A DNA stretch of 62,922 nucleotides, counting the filler, from Conidiobolus incongruus B7586 (lineage: Eukaryota), in NCBI GenBank assembly GCA_000697335.1. It is 8 parts of 8 records of this genome, joined end to end, with 100 filler letters (N's around TTAATTAATTAA, not from the genome) between each part and the next. Parts side by side here need not be neighbours in the genome. Positions count along the whole stretch, not along the records: positions 1 to 1,526 come from JNEM01006605.1; positions 1,627 to 3,531 come from JNEM01006606.1; positions 3,632 to 10,297 come from JNEM01006620.1; positions 10,398 to 19,422 come from JNEM01006621.1; 4 more parts are not named here. One strand, 5' to 3'. Every line of letters starts with the position of its first letter. Positions within the stretch are counted from its first letter, which is position 1. Of this stretch, positions 1 through 12,473 are shown piece after piece. A model generated the notes under the pieces. It did no database searches. It saw nothing but the letters and a program-made list of their open reading frames with translations, and had not been told where the DNA came from. Made by a program: the position numbers and the translations under genes.

Positions 1-331
1 AATATATGGTAGTTTTAGATAAAGCACCATCTCCATAAGCTGTTTGCAAGTTTTGGATGATTTTAGAGGGTTTATGGTTAAGTTTTAAAGATACAAAAAT
101 AAAAGCCTTTTGATAATCACAATCTGGTTTAAGCATGATTAAATTTAAGTGTAAATTTTAAAATCAAAATATTTTAATAAAAAAAATAATTAAAATTGAA
201 TATATATATATATATAGTTTGAAAATATTTATTTTCCTATATATTTTATATATATATAATCTTTCAAAATGTATAATATGTTTGAAAGATCAGAAATTAA
301 AAAATTTGCCATTTCTTAATTTCCATACTAA
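1..331 (-). mobile_element. Mariner transposon, 5' part (transposase N-terminus and TIR), truncated by the window edge
   Basis: Minus strand from ATG at 136 reads MLKPDCDYQKAFIFVSLKLNHKPSKIIQNLQTAYGDGALSKTTIY, a mariner HTH-type N-terminus. The end ...AAATTTGCCATTTCTTAATTTCCATACTAA|TA matches the end of the copy at 20884. Confidence 0.85.
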
Positions 332-337
332 TAAGCA

Positions 338-1115
338 CTAAAATTTGATATTTTATAAATTAATAAATTTTTATTTAAAATTTTTTTTATAAGTTAATTT
401 TTTAATTTTTAAAATAGTTATAATCAAATATATTATGATCTAAGGAATATACTAGCAATAATAATTTTTTTCCAGTAATTTTTAATATAAATATTCTTTT
501 TAGATTTAGATTTACCTATTTTGCAATTATTATATAACAAAATAGGTTTTTTGAAATTATATTAAATATATTAATCAAAAATAATTTTATTTAAAAAAGA
601 AATATAAAATTTATTATTAATTAATTATTTAAGAATTAAATGAAAATTTCATATAATATTATTAATTATTATAATAATTATTATTTGCTTGATAATAAAA
701 TTCTTATTTAAAGAGAATAATAAATTAAACAAATTTTATTTAATCTATTATTTTGATTTATATTTTTGTAAAGATTTATATAAAAAATCTAAAATTTAAT
801 AATTATAGTAATATATTATAAAAGCTTATATTTTTGGTAATATTTAAATAGCTATTATTTAATAATAAATATTTTGTTTTTTCTAAGTTTTAGTCTAATA
901 ATAAAATACCTATTTTATATTATTATCAATTAATTTAACTTAAATATTAATATATAAAATATAGTTATATATCTTAAATTAATATGTTTTAATAATTTTT
1001 TAACTAAAATAAGTTATCTCTTATGATTTTTAATTTTATTAACTATAAAAAAAATATAAAAATAGTTATATAGAAATTAATAATTTTTAAATAATTTTTC
1101 TTTTATTTTTAAATT
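338..1115 (-). mobile_element. Degenerate mariner copy (internal fragment)
   Basis: Collinear similarity by eye to 1310-1526 and 19800-20600 (e.g. gatctaaggaatatact, tccagtaatttttaat, ttgcaattat). Boundaries are approximate. Confidence 0.6.
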
Positions 1116-1119
1116 AATA

Positions 1120-1526
1120 TATCTAATAATATTACTTTGTATTTTTAATAATGGGAATTTTTTGTGATTGAAAATAAATAAATATTTTAATATATATTAT
1201 ATAAAAATAAATATATAATATAAATTTAATAGTTTCCTTTATTATTAATACCTTTTTGCTATACTTTTGGTAAAGATCTAACACTTAAAAAATAGTTCTT
1301 TTTATTAAAGATTGAAATTTGATGTTTTACTAACCAATTAAATTTTTTTGTAAAAATTTTCTTTCTTGTAAGCTGGTTTTTTAATTGCCTGAAGCAATTA
1401 TAATCACATAGGTTATAATCTAGGGAATATACTGGATATGGTAGTTTTTTCCAGTTATTTTTAATTAGAAAGTTTTTTACAGCTTTAGATTTATAAATTT
1501 TGCAATTATCATATAAAATAATAAGG
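1120..1526 (-). mobile_element. Mariner (DD34D) transposase C-terminal half, pseudogenised
   Basis: Minus strand reads IILYDNCKIYKSKAVKNFLIKNNWKKLPYPVYSLDYNLCDYNCFRQLKNQL...LPKV*QKGINNKGNY*. This matches mariner HDNA..H...LPHPPYSPDLAPSDY...LP.RWQK...G.Y, with exactly 34 residues between the last two Asp. Confidence 0.88.
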
Positions 1527-1626
1527 NNNNNNNNNNNNNNNNNNNNNNNNNNNNNNNNNNNNNNNNNNNNTTAATTAATTAANNNNNNNNNNNNNNNNNN
1601 NNNNNNNNNNNNNNNNNNNNNNNNNN
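1527..1626. other. Assembly linker N44-TTAATTAATTAA-N44 (also at 3532, 10298, 19423, 31190, 43478, 55556)
   Basis: Identical six-frame-stop linker inside N runs at seven positions. Confidence 0.97.
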
Positions 1627-3531
1627 TATCCCTACAACCACCTCCCCCCAAATCAAACGAGCCAGAATCCTTCCCACCACCATCAATAGACCTGGATGGT
1701 TTGAAATGGCTAACCAATTAGCCAAAGAATGGGCCAGAGGAAACATCTCTATATCTGATTTCAAGAACCAAATAGTCAAGAAATCTATAACATTTGAACT
1801 GAACAGAAAGAAAAAATCTATAGCAGAAGTGAGTAAAACCATCCAGCTAATTAATCACTTAAGATCACACCCCCCTTCCTCATACTCTACAAGATAGAAT
1901 GAAAGCTATCATAATGTGGTTAAAAGACTGGATGACCTGATCCAAAAAAGAACAGAGATCAATATACTTGCTACCAAAAGATTATGGACCCAAAAAGGTG
2001 AGACTATCCCAGGCCTTATGAAAACTCGCATCAAGGGTAAACAAAAATCAAATCCTTTTGACTCAGTTTGACTACCCAATGGAAAAATATCCAAAGAGAG
2101 AGCTGATGTAAACAACAAACTCACTGAATTCTACTCATCTCTCTTTGGTGAGAACCCAATTGACACAAAAAAATTAGATGAACTGCTTAATCTATACCTT
2201 AAATCTTTCCCTGATAGAATACTAAACAAAGCTGAAATCAAAACATTAGAGACTCTAATCACCTCTGAAGAAGTCAAGAAAGCAATCAAAATATCTCCTA
2301 ATAACAAAGCACCAGGCCCAGATGGTATACCCTATGAGCTATACAAATCACTAGCAGAGACAATAGCTCACCCTCTAACCATCACCTTCAATAAAGTCTT
2401 TAAAGGAGCCCCTTATGAAAGTGCAAGGCATTCATCCCTAATTCTAATCTACAAGAATAAAGGGGATAGATGTGACCCCAAATATTGGAGACCTATCACC
2501 CTTTCAAATACTGACTCAAAACTCCTATCTAGAATAATCAACTCAAGACTCCAAACCTTCATCCACAAAAAAATAAACACAACCCAATTTGGTTTCACTA
2601 AAGGAAGATCAATATGGGATAATATATGGACTTTTAAAAACATTCTTGAAAATGGCCACCTCCAAAACCTCTCAGGCTGGGTAATGTTTCTAGATCAGGA
2701 AAAAGCATATGACAGGGTTGCATGGAAGTACCTACAAACTCTGATTGACAAACTCAAATACCCCCTACCATTCAAAAACTAGCTAAACTCCCTATGCAAT
2801 AATCCAAAAGCTGAAATACTCACCACCCAAACACCCTACCCTATAATCACAATCAAACAAGGCTTAAGACAAGGTGATCCAGCCTCCCCAATCCTTTTTA
2901 ACATTGCCTTTGATATCTTCTTAAGCCTCACACAGCTACTATTAATTGGAATTCCATCCCCAAATGGCCAAAGGCTTAAAACCTTAGCCTTTGCTGATGA
3001 TGCTGTTGCCCTAATCCACAAAGAAGAAGAACTCATCCCCTTTAAAAAACTTATGGAAGCATACTCTAACGCTACAGGAGCCAAATTCAATTTAGAAAAA
3101 TTTGAATGGCTAAAAATAGGTAACCCTAACTTCAAACCTTCTAACATCCAAAATCATCCCAAACTAACTGTTAGACACCTGGGAATCTTGATGAATGACC
3201 AGGGAGTAGCATTACAAGCCAATGAGGAGATGATTATGAACAAAGTTACAAAAGTATTGGGTATGATCAGAGCTGCTAATCTATCCTTAATTGCAAGAGC
3301 CAAAGCAATCAACACCTTTGCACTATCAATCCCCATCTACTGGGCTCACATCATTCCATTCACTAAACTGTTCCTGGATAAGTTAGATAAACTAATTAGG
3401 GAATCAATATGGTACCCAGGAAAACCAAAAATCAAATTGGAAAACCTACAATACCACCAATCCAAAGGAGGCCTTAGCTTATGGAATTTTAGAAAGCTCT
3501 ATTCTATTATCCTACTAAACCAAACCCTTCC
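1627..3531 (+). mobile_element. Non-LTR retrotransposon (L1/Tx1-like) reverse transcriptase region, pseudogene
   Basis: One frame contains KAPGPDGIPYELY, WRPITLSNTDSKLLSRI, QFGFTKGRSIWDNI, FLDQEKAYDRV, GLRQGDPASPILF, AFADD and KGGL. In-frame stops at 1895 (TAG), 2069 (TGA) and 2780 (TAG). Both ends run into gaps. Confidence 0.93.
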
Positions 3532-3631
3532 NNNNNNNNNNNNNNNNNNNNNNNNNNNNNNNNNNNNNNNNNNNNTTAATTAATTAANNNNNNNNNNNNN
3601 NNNNNNNNNNNNNNNNNNNNNNNNNNNNNNN

Positions 3632-3889
3632 ATACTTTAGAGGAGTTTAATCAAAATAGCAAGATCTAGGGCTTGGCCCTGATCGAAGTGATCCCCCAGC
3701 AAATATCTGTCCAGTGACTATTTTATAGTGTGGTTGACCCTTGGCCAATGTGTTGAGGCTCCAGCTTCTGCTATAGTCTGGAATTTTCCATTGTGCAAGG
3801 GTTGTTCCTGATATTTGTGAGTGGATTACATCTGGAATCTTGACGGACGGTTAAAATTGAAAGGCGAGCGGACCTCCCGATCCGCGACA
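3632..3889 (-). mobile_element. Probable solo LTR (left end lost in gap)
   Basis: GC-rich, CpG-containing non-coding island ending ...GGACCTCCCGATCCGCGACA, similar to the end of the 17.6-18.0 kb island (...GGATCTTCCGGCCTGTGACA). TATAAA on the minus strand. Confidence 0.5.
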
Positions 3890-4264
3890 ATATATAATTA
3901 AATATTTTTATTGTTCTTTACAAATAAAAATGATTGTGATTAATTTTAGATAATAAATTTAATTAAAATAGATTAAATTATATTTAAATTATATCTTCGA
4001 TATATTTTGGAAAATATATATATTTATATCAGTTTTTCAAAATCAGAATTTTGAAAATATTACTCTGAATTTTAAATAATATCACTTTTGAGATTAGAAA
4101 TAAAAAATTATTTTAATATATAATGTACAAAAATAAATATATAATATATAATTGATATTCTTTTTTATTATTAATAACTTTTTGCTATACTTTTAACAAA
4201 TTTCTAACACTTAAAAAACAATGCTTTTTATCAAAAACTAAAATTTAATATTTCTCAAACCAAT

Positions 4265-4482
4265 TATAATAAGGTTAATGTATATAAGTTGTTTGAATGT
4301 AAACAGTGTAGGAAAAAAGTCCTTGTTTATTTAGTAATAGTTCCTTTATTTATATGTAAGAGTTGGTAAGGGTTCAAAGATAAAATAAGACAAGATAAAA
4401 TTAAGTAAATAAAGAGATAAGATAAAGCAAACAAATATAATTAACATGTTATGATGATGATAAAGTAATCTAATCTATAACA
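4265..4482 (-). repeat. 3' LTR of the chromovirus
   Basis: Direct repeat of 9198-9415. TATAAT...TAACA termini (TG...CA decayed to TA...CA). Confidence 0.95.
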
Positions 4483-7400
4483 CTCCCTTTAAATTAAAGT
4501 GTTTTTATTAAGAGATGCTTTAATCTTTAGATGCTTCTTAATATAAACATAATAGGCATTGGTCTTTTTAACACTATTATAGCATTCCCAAGTAGCTTTA
4601 TTTTTAGGGTATCTTTTCCATTGGACAAAGTATAGATTTTAGTTATAATAGTGTTTATAACTAAGGATTTTATTGACAATGAAAGGATAATTATATTGGT
4701 TACTTTAAGAAGGTAGTTTATAATATTTATGTCTTTAGTTATTAGGGTATAATAATAGGTTATGGTATGGTTTTAATATACTAGTATAGAACATAAGATG
4801 AATTTTCATTTCTTAAGGTAAATCTAAAATATAAGTGTCAGGGTAATTTCTTTTATCTATGATAAAATAAGGTCCAAGCTAGTTTGGTTTTAATTTAAGG
4901 TTAGGTTGTTTCTTATCATAAGGAGATTTGATTCCATCTGCTTTAACCATTACTAGTGTTCTAGGTGAATAATTTTTAGTGTAACAGTGGTCTTTGTTAT
5001 AATACTTAGCTTGTTTGTTTTATGTGTGGGTGATTTTTTCTTGTGTAAGTACTAGTAATATATTGTAGTATTCAAGAAAATTAATTGAGTTTTAGGTAGT
5101 TGGGTTATTAAATCTTATGATTGTTAAAACTTTAGGGTGATAACTATAAGTTAAGTAAAATAGAGTTATCCTAGTGGATAAGTTAACAAAATCATTAAGG
5201 GTGAATTCTAAAAAGGGTAGTATTTGTTTTCAATTAATTATATTATGTTTGAGGTATAGCTTTAAAGCTTCTTTAACTACACAGATGTATCTTTCTGATT
5301 GTCCATCAATTTGTTGATATTAGGAAAAACTAAGATTGTTTTGGTAATTAAATAGTTCTATAAGAGTAACCCAAAATTTAGAAGTAAAGTAGGTATTATA
5401 GTCTGTTATAATAGTGTAAGGAAGTCTATAGTATTAAAATATATATTAGACAAACAGTTCAATAACTTTTTTAGTGTTTGTTTTATACTTTACTAAGATT
5501 AGATATAGTATTTTTATAAGTTGATTAACAATGATTATAATACTATTGTAATCTGTATTAGACTTTAGTACATCAATAAAATCCATGATGATATTTTTCT
5601 AGTATTGTTTAGGGATAGATAAAAAATTTAGAGTTTTAGGAGGTAATTAGTTATTGGTTTTGTTATATTAGTATTTATCACAAGAAAGTATATATTTCTT
5701 AACTTTAACTTTAATATATAGCTAGTAAAAATTTCATGCTACTTTTTCATAAGTTTTTAACTAACTTTAGTAACTATTAATTATATTATTATAGTGTATG
5801 GTAAAGATTTTAGCTTTAATATCTGGGATATTAGGGATATAGATATAAAATGGATAGTAAAAGAGATTATTGAGGAATTTATAGCCTTTCACATATTATA
5901 AAACTTTAGCTGTATTTGTTTTGTTAAGTAAGGATTTAATAGTGTTAGATTAATCATAATTTAAAGTAGACTTTATATCTTAAAGTAAGTTAAATTTATA
6001 GCTGATAATAACATTATTTAACTAGGTAATGGGATTTTTACATTTTAAACATAGGGGTATATAATTAATTCTTCTAGATAATAAGTCAATAATATTATTA
6101 TAAGCTCTTTTAATATATTTTATCTTAAGATTAAATTCTTAAATATAGTTGATCTAGTTGATTTATTATTTACTTAGATTCTTTTAATCATTGATATAAA
6201 TAAAAGAATAGTAATTAGTTAAGATATAGATAAAGTTAAAAGACAAGTATAAACAAAAATATTTTAAACACTCAATTAATACAAGTAGCTTTTATTTATA
6301 TACTAGGTAATTATATTCTACAGGTAACATTTTATGTAAGTAAAAAAACAATAGGTGAAGTTTAATGGTATCAAGTAAGAACTTAGTAACACTCACTCTC
6401 CTCTCAATATTATCTAAAGTATTAATGTTAAAGTTGATATTTATAAGTTATTTAGGCTAGCTATTAATTATAAAACAAGAGGCATCTGTCATCATTATAA
6501 CTAAAAAATTAAAATTAAATAAAGTAAGGTAAAGGGTGTTAGTGATAGTATAGATTAAAGTAATGAAGGTAGAGTATTTATTATATAGCTAAAACCAAAG
6601 GTTTTTTTAAGAAGATTAGTTAAAAAAGCACTAATTTTAATAAATAATTGAATAAAATCACAGAAATAGTTGGTTATACAAAGAAATAATTGAAGTAATA
6701 ATATATCTATAGAGTAAAGCTACTCATAAATACTTTGAATTTTGCTAAGGTTAATATATACATCATTAGTTGATAAAAGATAACTATAAAAGGGGACTTT
6801 AGATTATACAAAGAAGCATTTGGATAATTTAATAAGAAGTTTATTTTCTCTAAAAATCTCAAATATATAATAGTAATATACAATGTAAACTTTTATAGTT
6901 TTAAAATAGATTAAAATATTATTAAGATAAGTAAATATAAAAAAATCTTGGATTTCAAAGAATAAGTTATTGATGAGTTATGAGAATATAGCAAGAGTAT
7001 TACAGAAACTAAAAAAATACTATGAATTTATAATATTTATAACAAGTATTAAAGGTAGTTAATGGAATAGAATCTAGATCTATAGTAATATTATAATATC
7101 TATCTTTTATATTAAGTTTATTAAAGATACTATAACCTATAATATAATCTCAGAGTTTAGTTAAGTTTAATAATAAAGTTTTATCCTTAATGGTTTTTTT
7201 GTTAAAAGCTTAGTAATCAATACAAAAGTGTAAACTTCTATCTTTTATCTCTATAAAAAGAATAAATAACCCCTAAAAAGATATAGATGGTTTAATAAAA
7301 CCTTTACTAAATAGTTAAGATAGTGTTTCTTTAAAAATACTATTCTCTTCAAGAGTTATGTAATAAATATGATAATATACTGGTTAAAATCTAGGTTCAA

Positions 7401-9197
7401 GTTTTATTTTATATTTTATATTATATTTGGGTGGTAGTGAGGTTTAAGGTTAGAATAAATTTATATATTCTTTAATTAATATATATAACAGGTGGTTAAA
7501 ATTTAAATTTACATTATTGATGTTTATATTATTTAAGCTAAGTTTAAGGTTATTAGGGGAACTAGGGTTTAACAAGATTAAACCTCTAGATTCATATTAT
7601 TCTTTACTAATAGTATTATTAAAGGTAGATTTAGAGAATATAAGATTACCTAACTTAATAATTAATTTAAGTTGAGTTTAGTGTTGATTATCTTTATATA
7701 TAGATTAAAGTGGTTTTATCTTAACAAGAATAAGCTACAAGTAGTGTATGAATATTAGAGTTTCTTTAGTTATAATTTAGAATAATAAATGGTTATAAAT
7801 CTATAGAGTATTAAAGATTAAATTATAATATAAGGGTGTAATTATAAACTAAAGGGTTTTATAGTAATTAAATGTTAATGATAAAGTAATGATTATATAT
7901 CTAAAAAACTATAAAGTTGTTTTATCTCTTAAGGTGATATTAATAGGTTTTAGAGTTATTTCAAGGTTTAATAAGGAAACTAGATCCTTATTAATTATAT
8001 AGCTATTAGCTTTAGTGTCAATAAGTATAGTGATAGATTTAGAGTTTAAGTGTTTAATAGTTAAAAAAAATATAATATTACCAGTAAATTTGGTTTGCTA
8101 ATTAATAAAAGGTGTAGAACCAACAAAAGTAGTTAGCTCATTTATTTTTACTATTAGTTTTATCTTTTTCTTAAAGGTAGGTTAGGGGTTATTTGAGTAT
8201 TAAACTAATTATTATTGGGGTAATTTTTTAAGTAATAACCACTATTGATTTTATAGCAATAGAAACAACTATTGTTTTTACAAAGATATTTGTATTCTTA
8301 TTATGTTAAAGATTTTAACAGTTGATTATTAGGTGTATTATATGAATAGGTGTTATTGATAACTATGTTGTTTAGGTTATAATTAGTAGGTGTTTAATTA
8401 TTATAATAATAGTAAACATTTGTAGGATAATGTTTATGATGGTTAAGATATTAATAATAATGATTATATTTGTTGAGATAGATAGCTAAATTAGTAATGT
8501 TTTAGAATAAGTTTTTCTGTGGATTCATTTGTTAGAGTATATTACAACAAAGGTAAAACTTTAATTTATCTAAAAAGTACATATTATAATTAAGTTCTTG
8601 TTTTAAAGGTAATTAATTTTTATAATAGTGAATTAGTTTAATAAATTCTTGAATAGATTATTTCTAAACTAAACTTTTTAATTTGCTATACAGAAACATA
8701 ATATTATTAGTGGGGTAATATTCTTGGTGTAATTCTTTAATGAGATCTCTAAAGGTTTAAATATTTTCATTAGGGTATTTGCTTAAGGATACTTGGGTGT
8801 AGATTTATTAGTGATGTTTGAACTAATTTTATGTATTTCTGGTAAAGAACTAAGATGTTATTAATAATTTATCTTTTACATTATAGCTGGTTATATTAAA
8901 ATAATTATTTAATATATTTTTATAATTTTGAAGAGTATAAGTAGATTGTTGTTTATTGTAATTATAGAGTTTTTTATGAAATAGTTTCTGTATTAGGGTT
9001 TTATATTAGCTAGTAGCTAATTGAACAACATTGTTGTTGTTAATGTTTATAGCTGATATATTATATATATACATAGGTATTAAGTTGAGGAAATTAATTT
9101 TAGTTAGTTAAACTATTAATAAACAATTAAATTCAAAGTAATTTAAGTTCATGGTTTTTTTAATATTAATGTAAAAATTAAGTGTTAACTATTATTA

Positions 9198-9415
9198 TAT
9201 AATAAGGTTAATATATATAAGTTGTTTCAATATAAATAGTGTAGGAAAAAAGTCCTTGTTTATTTGGTAATAGTTCCCTTATTTATATGTAAGAGTTGGT
9301 AAAAGTTCAAAGATAAAATAAGATAAGATAAAATCAAGTAAATAAAGAGATAAGATAAAACAAGCAAATATAATTAATATGTTATGATGATGATAAAGTA
9401 ATCTAATTCATAACA
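9198..9415 (-). repeat. 5' LTR of the chromovirus
   Basis: Direct repeat of 4265-4482. Followed on the minus strand by TAATAATAG, a probable decayed TGG... primer-binding site. Confidence 0.95.
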
Positions 9416-10397
9416 CCAATTAAATTAAAAAATTTTTTACTTATAAGCTAGTTATTTATTTACTGAAAATTATTTTAATTATATAATTTATAATTTAATT
9501 AATATATTAAATATTATAGCCTTTTTTAATTAAAAATAATTAGAAAGTTTTTTATAGATTTATCTTGGCATATATTATAACTATTATATAAAATAATAAA
9601 TGCTTTATATTATATTAAGAATATTAATTAGAAATTATTTATATTATCCTAATACTAAAAACTAAGATAGTTATATTAAATTAAGTTAAAGTGTGGGTAA
9701 ATTATAGGATTAAGATATAGTTATATAAAATTTTATTGGAAGTTCTTGATAAGATTTAAAGTTAGTTCCTTCAGATAAATAGGTAAATAGATAGTTAGAT
9801 AGATGGATGAATAGTTAGATAAATCCTTGTTATATTTTCCCTCTGGTATTAGGATATAAATGGATCAATTTAAGGGAAAATAGGATAAGAGGTAAATTAT
9901 AGGTAAACTAACATAAAAGGTAAAATATATATGGATTAATTGGATAGATATATGACTTTATTTGATTTAAAATGATATAAAAGTTATGATTAGTTGATTC
10001 CCTTTTTAAAATTAAATATAATTAATATATGTTAATATAGTTTACTAAATTAAATAATATTTGCTTATAAATAAAATATTTATATATTATAATTAATAAA
10101 AAAGATTATTTTGATTTGTATTATTATAAAAAAGTATATAAGAAGATTTATAATTTATTTATTATAATAATTTATTATAAAAAACTTAGTCTTTAATTAT
10201 TACTTAATAAGTTCTATTTAACTATAATTACTTAATAAGTTAAAATTAAATTATAAAGCATTAATTTTATATTATTATTAATTAAAGGTTAAATTTTNNN
10301 NNNNNNNNNNNNNNNNNNNNNNNNNNNNNNNNNNNNNNNNNTTAATTAATTAANNNNNNNNNNNNNNNNNNNNNNNNNNNNNNNNNNNNNNNNNNNN

Positions 10398-11160
10398 ATT
10401 TAATATATATATAATATATTTATATAACTAATAATAAAATACTCTAATAATTTTTTATCTAAAACAAAATAATGATTTTATATATTTTTTACTCTATTTA
10501 TAATAAAAAATAATGGTAATTAAAATTATTATTCTAAAGTTTAATAAGTTTTAAATAGTTTCATTTCTAGCTTTGATATAATTTACTTCATAATAAACAA
10601 TCAAATTAAATATAATATCATATTTAAAAATTATTTATAGATCTTAAATAATTTAAAATATATATAGCTAAGCTTTAATAATATTATTATAAAAAACCTC
10701 TGATAGTAATTATTTGGTTTAAATATAATTAAATTTAATTTTAAATTTTTAATTAAATATTTTAAAATAATAATTATAAATATATATATATATAATATTG
10801 GCAATATTAGCAACTACATACACTACTATCATTTAATCAAACAATTTTAACTATCCCATAATCACTAAGTTATTTGTCATTACTTAATTACACTTTATTA
10901 ATAAAATCAAACAAGAGGGGAATTGGTGGGTTGGTTTTTCAAAGGATACAAATTACCATTATTGAATTAAGTATAGAAAAAACATAGACTTATATTTATC
11001 TTTTACTGTTTTATTTATAACCCTAATCATACAGAAAACCCAGCATATATTTCAAAATATTAATTCTCTTAAATATTCTATATATAATTAATATTTTAAA
11101 CTAACATATGATTGAAAAATCAGAATTTAAAATATTTGCTATTCCTTTCTAAACTTATAA
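10398..11160 (-). mobile_element. Degenerate mariner 5' fragments
   Basis: 11050-11150 (ttgaaaaatcagaatttaaaatatttgct) resembles the 5' subterminal sequence of the other copies. 10400-10800 resembles 20420-20800. Confidence 0.5.
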
Positions 11161-12104
11161 TTTTATATAAATAAATCTGAAGGATATTTTGAGCAATCAT
11201 TATATTTAAAAAATTACTATTAATATTAACAGTTTTTATTCTATAATAATTTGAATATTATTTATTTCATATATTTAATTCAAAATATATGCATATACTC
11301 ACTTAATAAATGCTTTTAATATTTTTATTGTAATAGTGGTGGTTTAAATAAATATGATAGTTAAAAAAACAACACTCTTCAGCATTTGCAATTAAATAAA
11401 ATTCAAGATTTAAAATGATATTTTGAATACTCTCCTTGAAGATTATTACATACTGATATTAACATATAGTTAAATATTTATATTTTAATTGCCATTTTTA
11501 TACTTAATGAATATTGAAGGAATGAGGATACGATGTTTTAATTCATTGATTGATTGCTAATATTATTGTGATTATTGATATTAAATTTACTAGTTATCAA
11601 ACTTCAAAATTATTCAACTATTCCACCTTTTGTAAAATATTCAATATAAAAATATAATCATCAATATAAATAAATTGCTCTTCTGATATATATATATATT
11701 ATGAATTAATATTGAATATTTTTCAATTTTATAGCAATTTAAAATTAAACACTCTGTTTTGAATTAAGCATTTTAATATAATATTTGGATAAAAAATTAT
11801 ATATAACTTTAAAAAGAATTGAATACTAATATTATTAAAAATATTTTGATTTCATTTTATACTGATGAATTGGTTGAAGAAAAGTGGTTTAGAAATTGCG
11901 AAAATGTTAAATACTATCATGTGATAAAAGTTAATATAGCAATAATTTTTCTCTATGATTGTATCCAATTTCACATATCAACATGAAAACATAATCAAGT
12001 ATGAAAAACATAGTCGAGGATATAATTAGCATTAAATTTAATAATGATATTTACTAGCAATATGTATACACGTATTTCAAAAATAAAACTTGTTCAGACC
12101 TTCA

Positions 12105-12473
12105 TTAGTAAATAACTCTTATTCTCAATAACACTTGGCCAGTGGGTTCAGAACCTTTACCAATTTGATACCATTGTTCGTGAGGTGCATTGGTTTCAAA
12201 GATACCTTTCATTGGAATACTGGTCTTACCAATTAAGTCATCGCTTATCATATCCTTATCGTAAACTTCTAAATGAAGTTCGTCGTTTTGGTGGGAAGGT
12301 AAGCGGTAAACTTCATTCCATTCAGCATGACTTCCAGCCTTGTTCTTAACACTGGACTTGTGTTTTTTACCACCTGCTTTAAAGATGACGTAAGGGTCAT
12401 TCTTACCAAACATACCATCTTCATTTTTAAGGTAACGAGCTTGAACAAGAGTAATCTCAACTTCTCTAGACAT
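12105..12473 (-). CDS. Single C2-domain protein (Ca2+/phospholipid-binding type), intronless
   Basis: 122 aa with ARYLKNEDGMFGKNDPYV, AEWNE, LEVYDKDMISDDLIG and EQWY. The Ca-ligand Asp residues are present. Confidence 0.9.
   Translation of the reverse strand: MSREVEITLVQARYLKNEDGMFGKNDPYVIFKAGGKKHKSSVKNKAGSHAEWNEVYRLPSHQNDELHLEVYDKDMISDDLIGKTSIPMKGIFETNAPHEQWYQIGKGSEPTGQVLLRIRVIY

Larger units (their letters stand above)
4265..9415 (-). mobile_element. Full-length Ty3/Gypsy chromovirus LTR retrotransposon, hypermutated and dead
   Basis: 218-bp LTRs at 4265-4482 and 9198-9415, 5-bp TSD CCAAT (4260-4264, 9416-9420), PPT at 4483-4490. Minus-strand relic motifs: Gag knuckle CFYC (~8260), protease LIDTKA (~8020), RT LHFCIDY*AFN (~7215) and YLNNILIY (6906-6929), integrase IMDFI, LPYTIITDYNTYFTSKFW and QIDGQSER, chromodomain YFVQWKRYPKNKATWE (~4585-4632). 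Confidence 0.95.
4070..10297 (-). mobile_element. Degenerate mariner copy interrupted by the chromovirus (4265-9415) and a further ~330-bp insertion (~9643-9975)
   Basis: 4130-4264 aligns with 1205-1338 and 9421-9640 continues the same alignment. Mariner-like sequence resumes near 9980. Confidence 0.7.

Noticed and set aside
1571..1582. Recurring palindrome TTAATTAATTAA (7 times)
   Set aside because: Always centred in N runs, so it is an artificial contig linker. It also means adjacency across the gaps is unproven.
1895..2782. In-frame TAG/TGA in the LINE as stop-codon reassignment or selenocysteine
   Set aside because: Host genes use the standard code, and the stops fit transition mutations in a dead element.
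10631..10813. Short I/K/N/Y/F-rich ORFs (also 18119, 22532, 23827, 40417, 52731)
   Set aside because: Spurious ORFs arising from AT composition.
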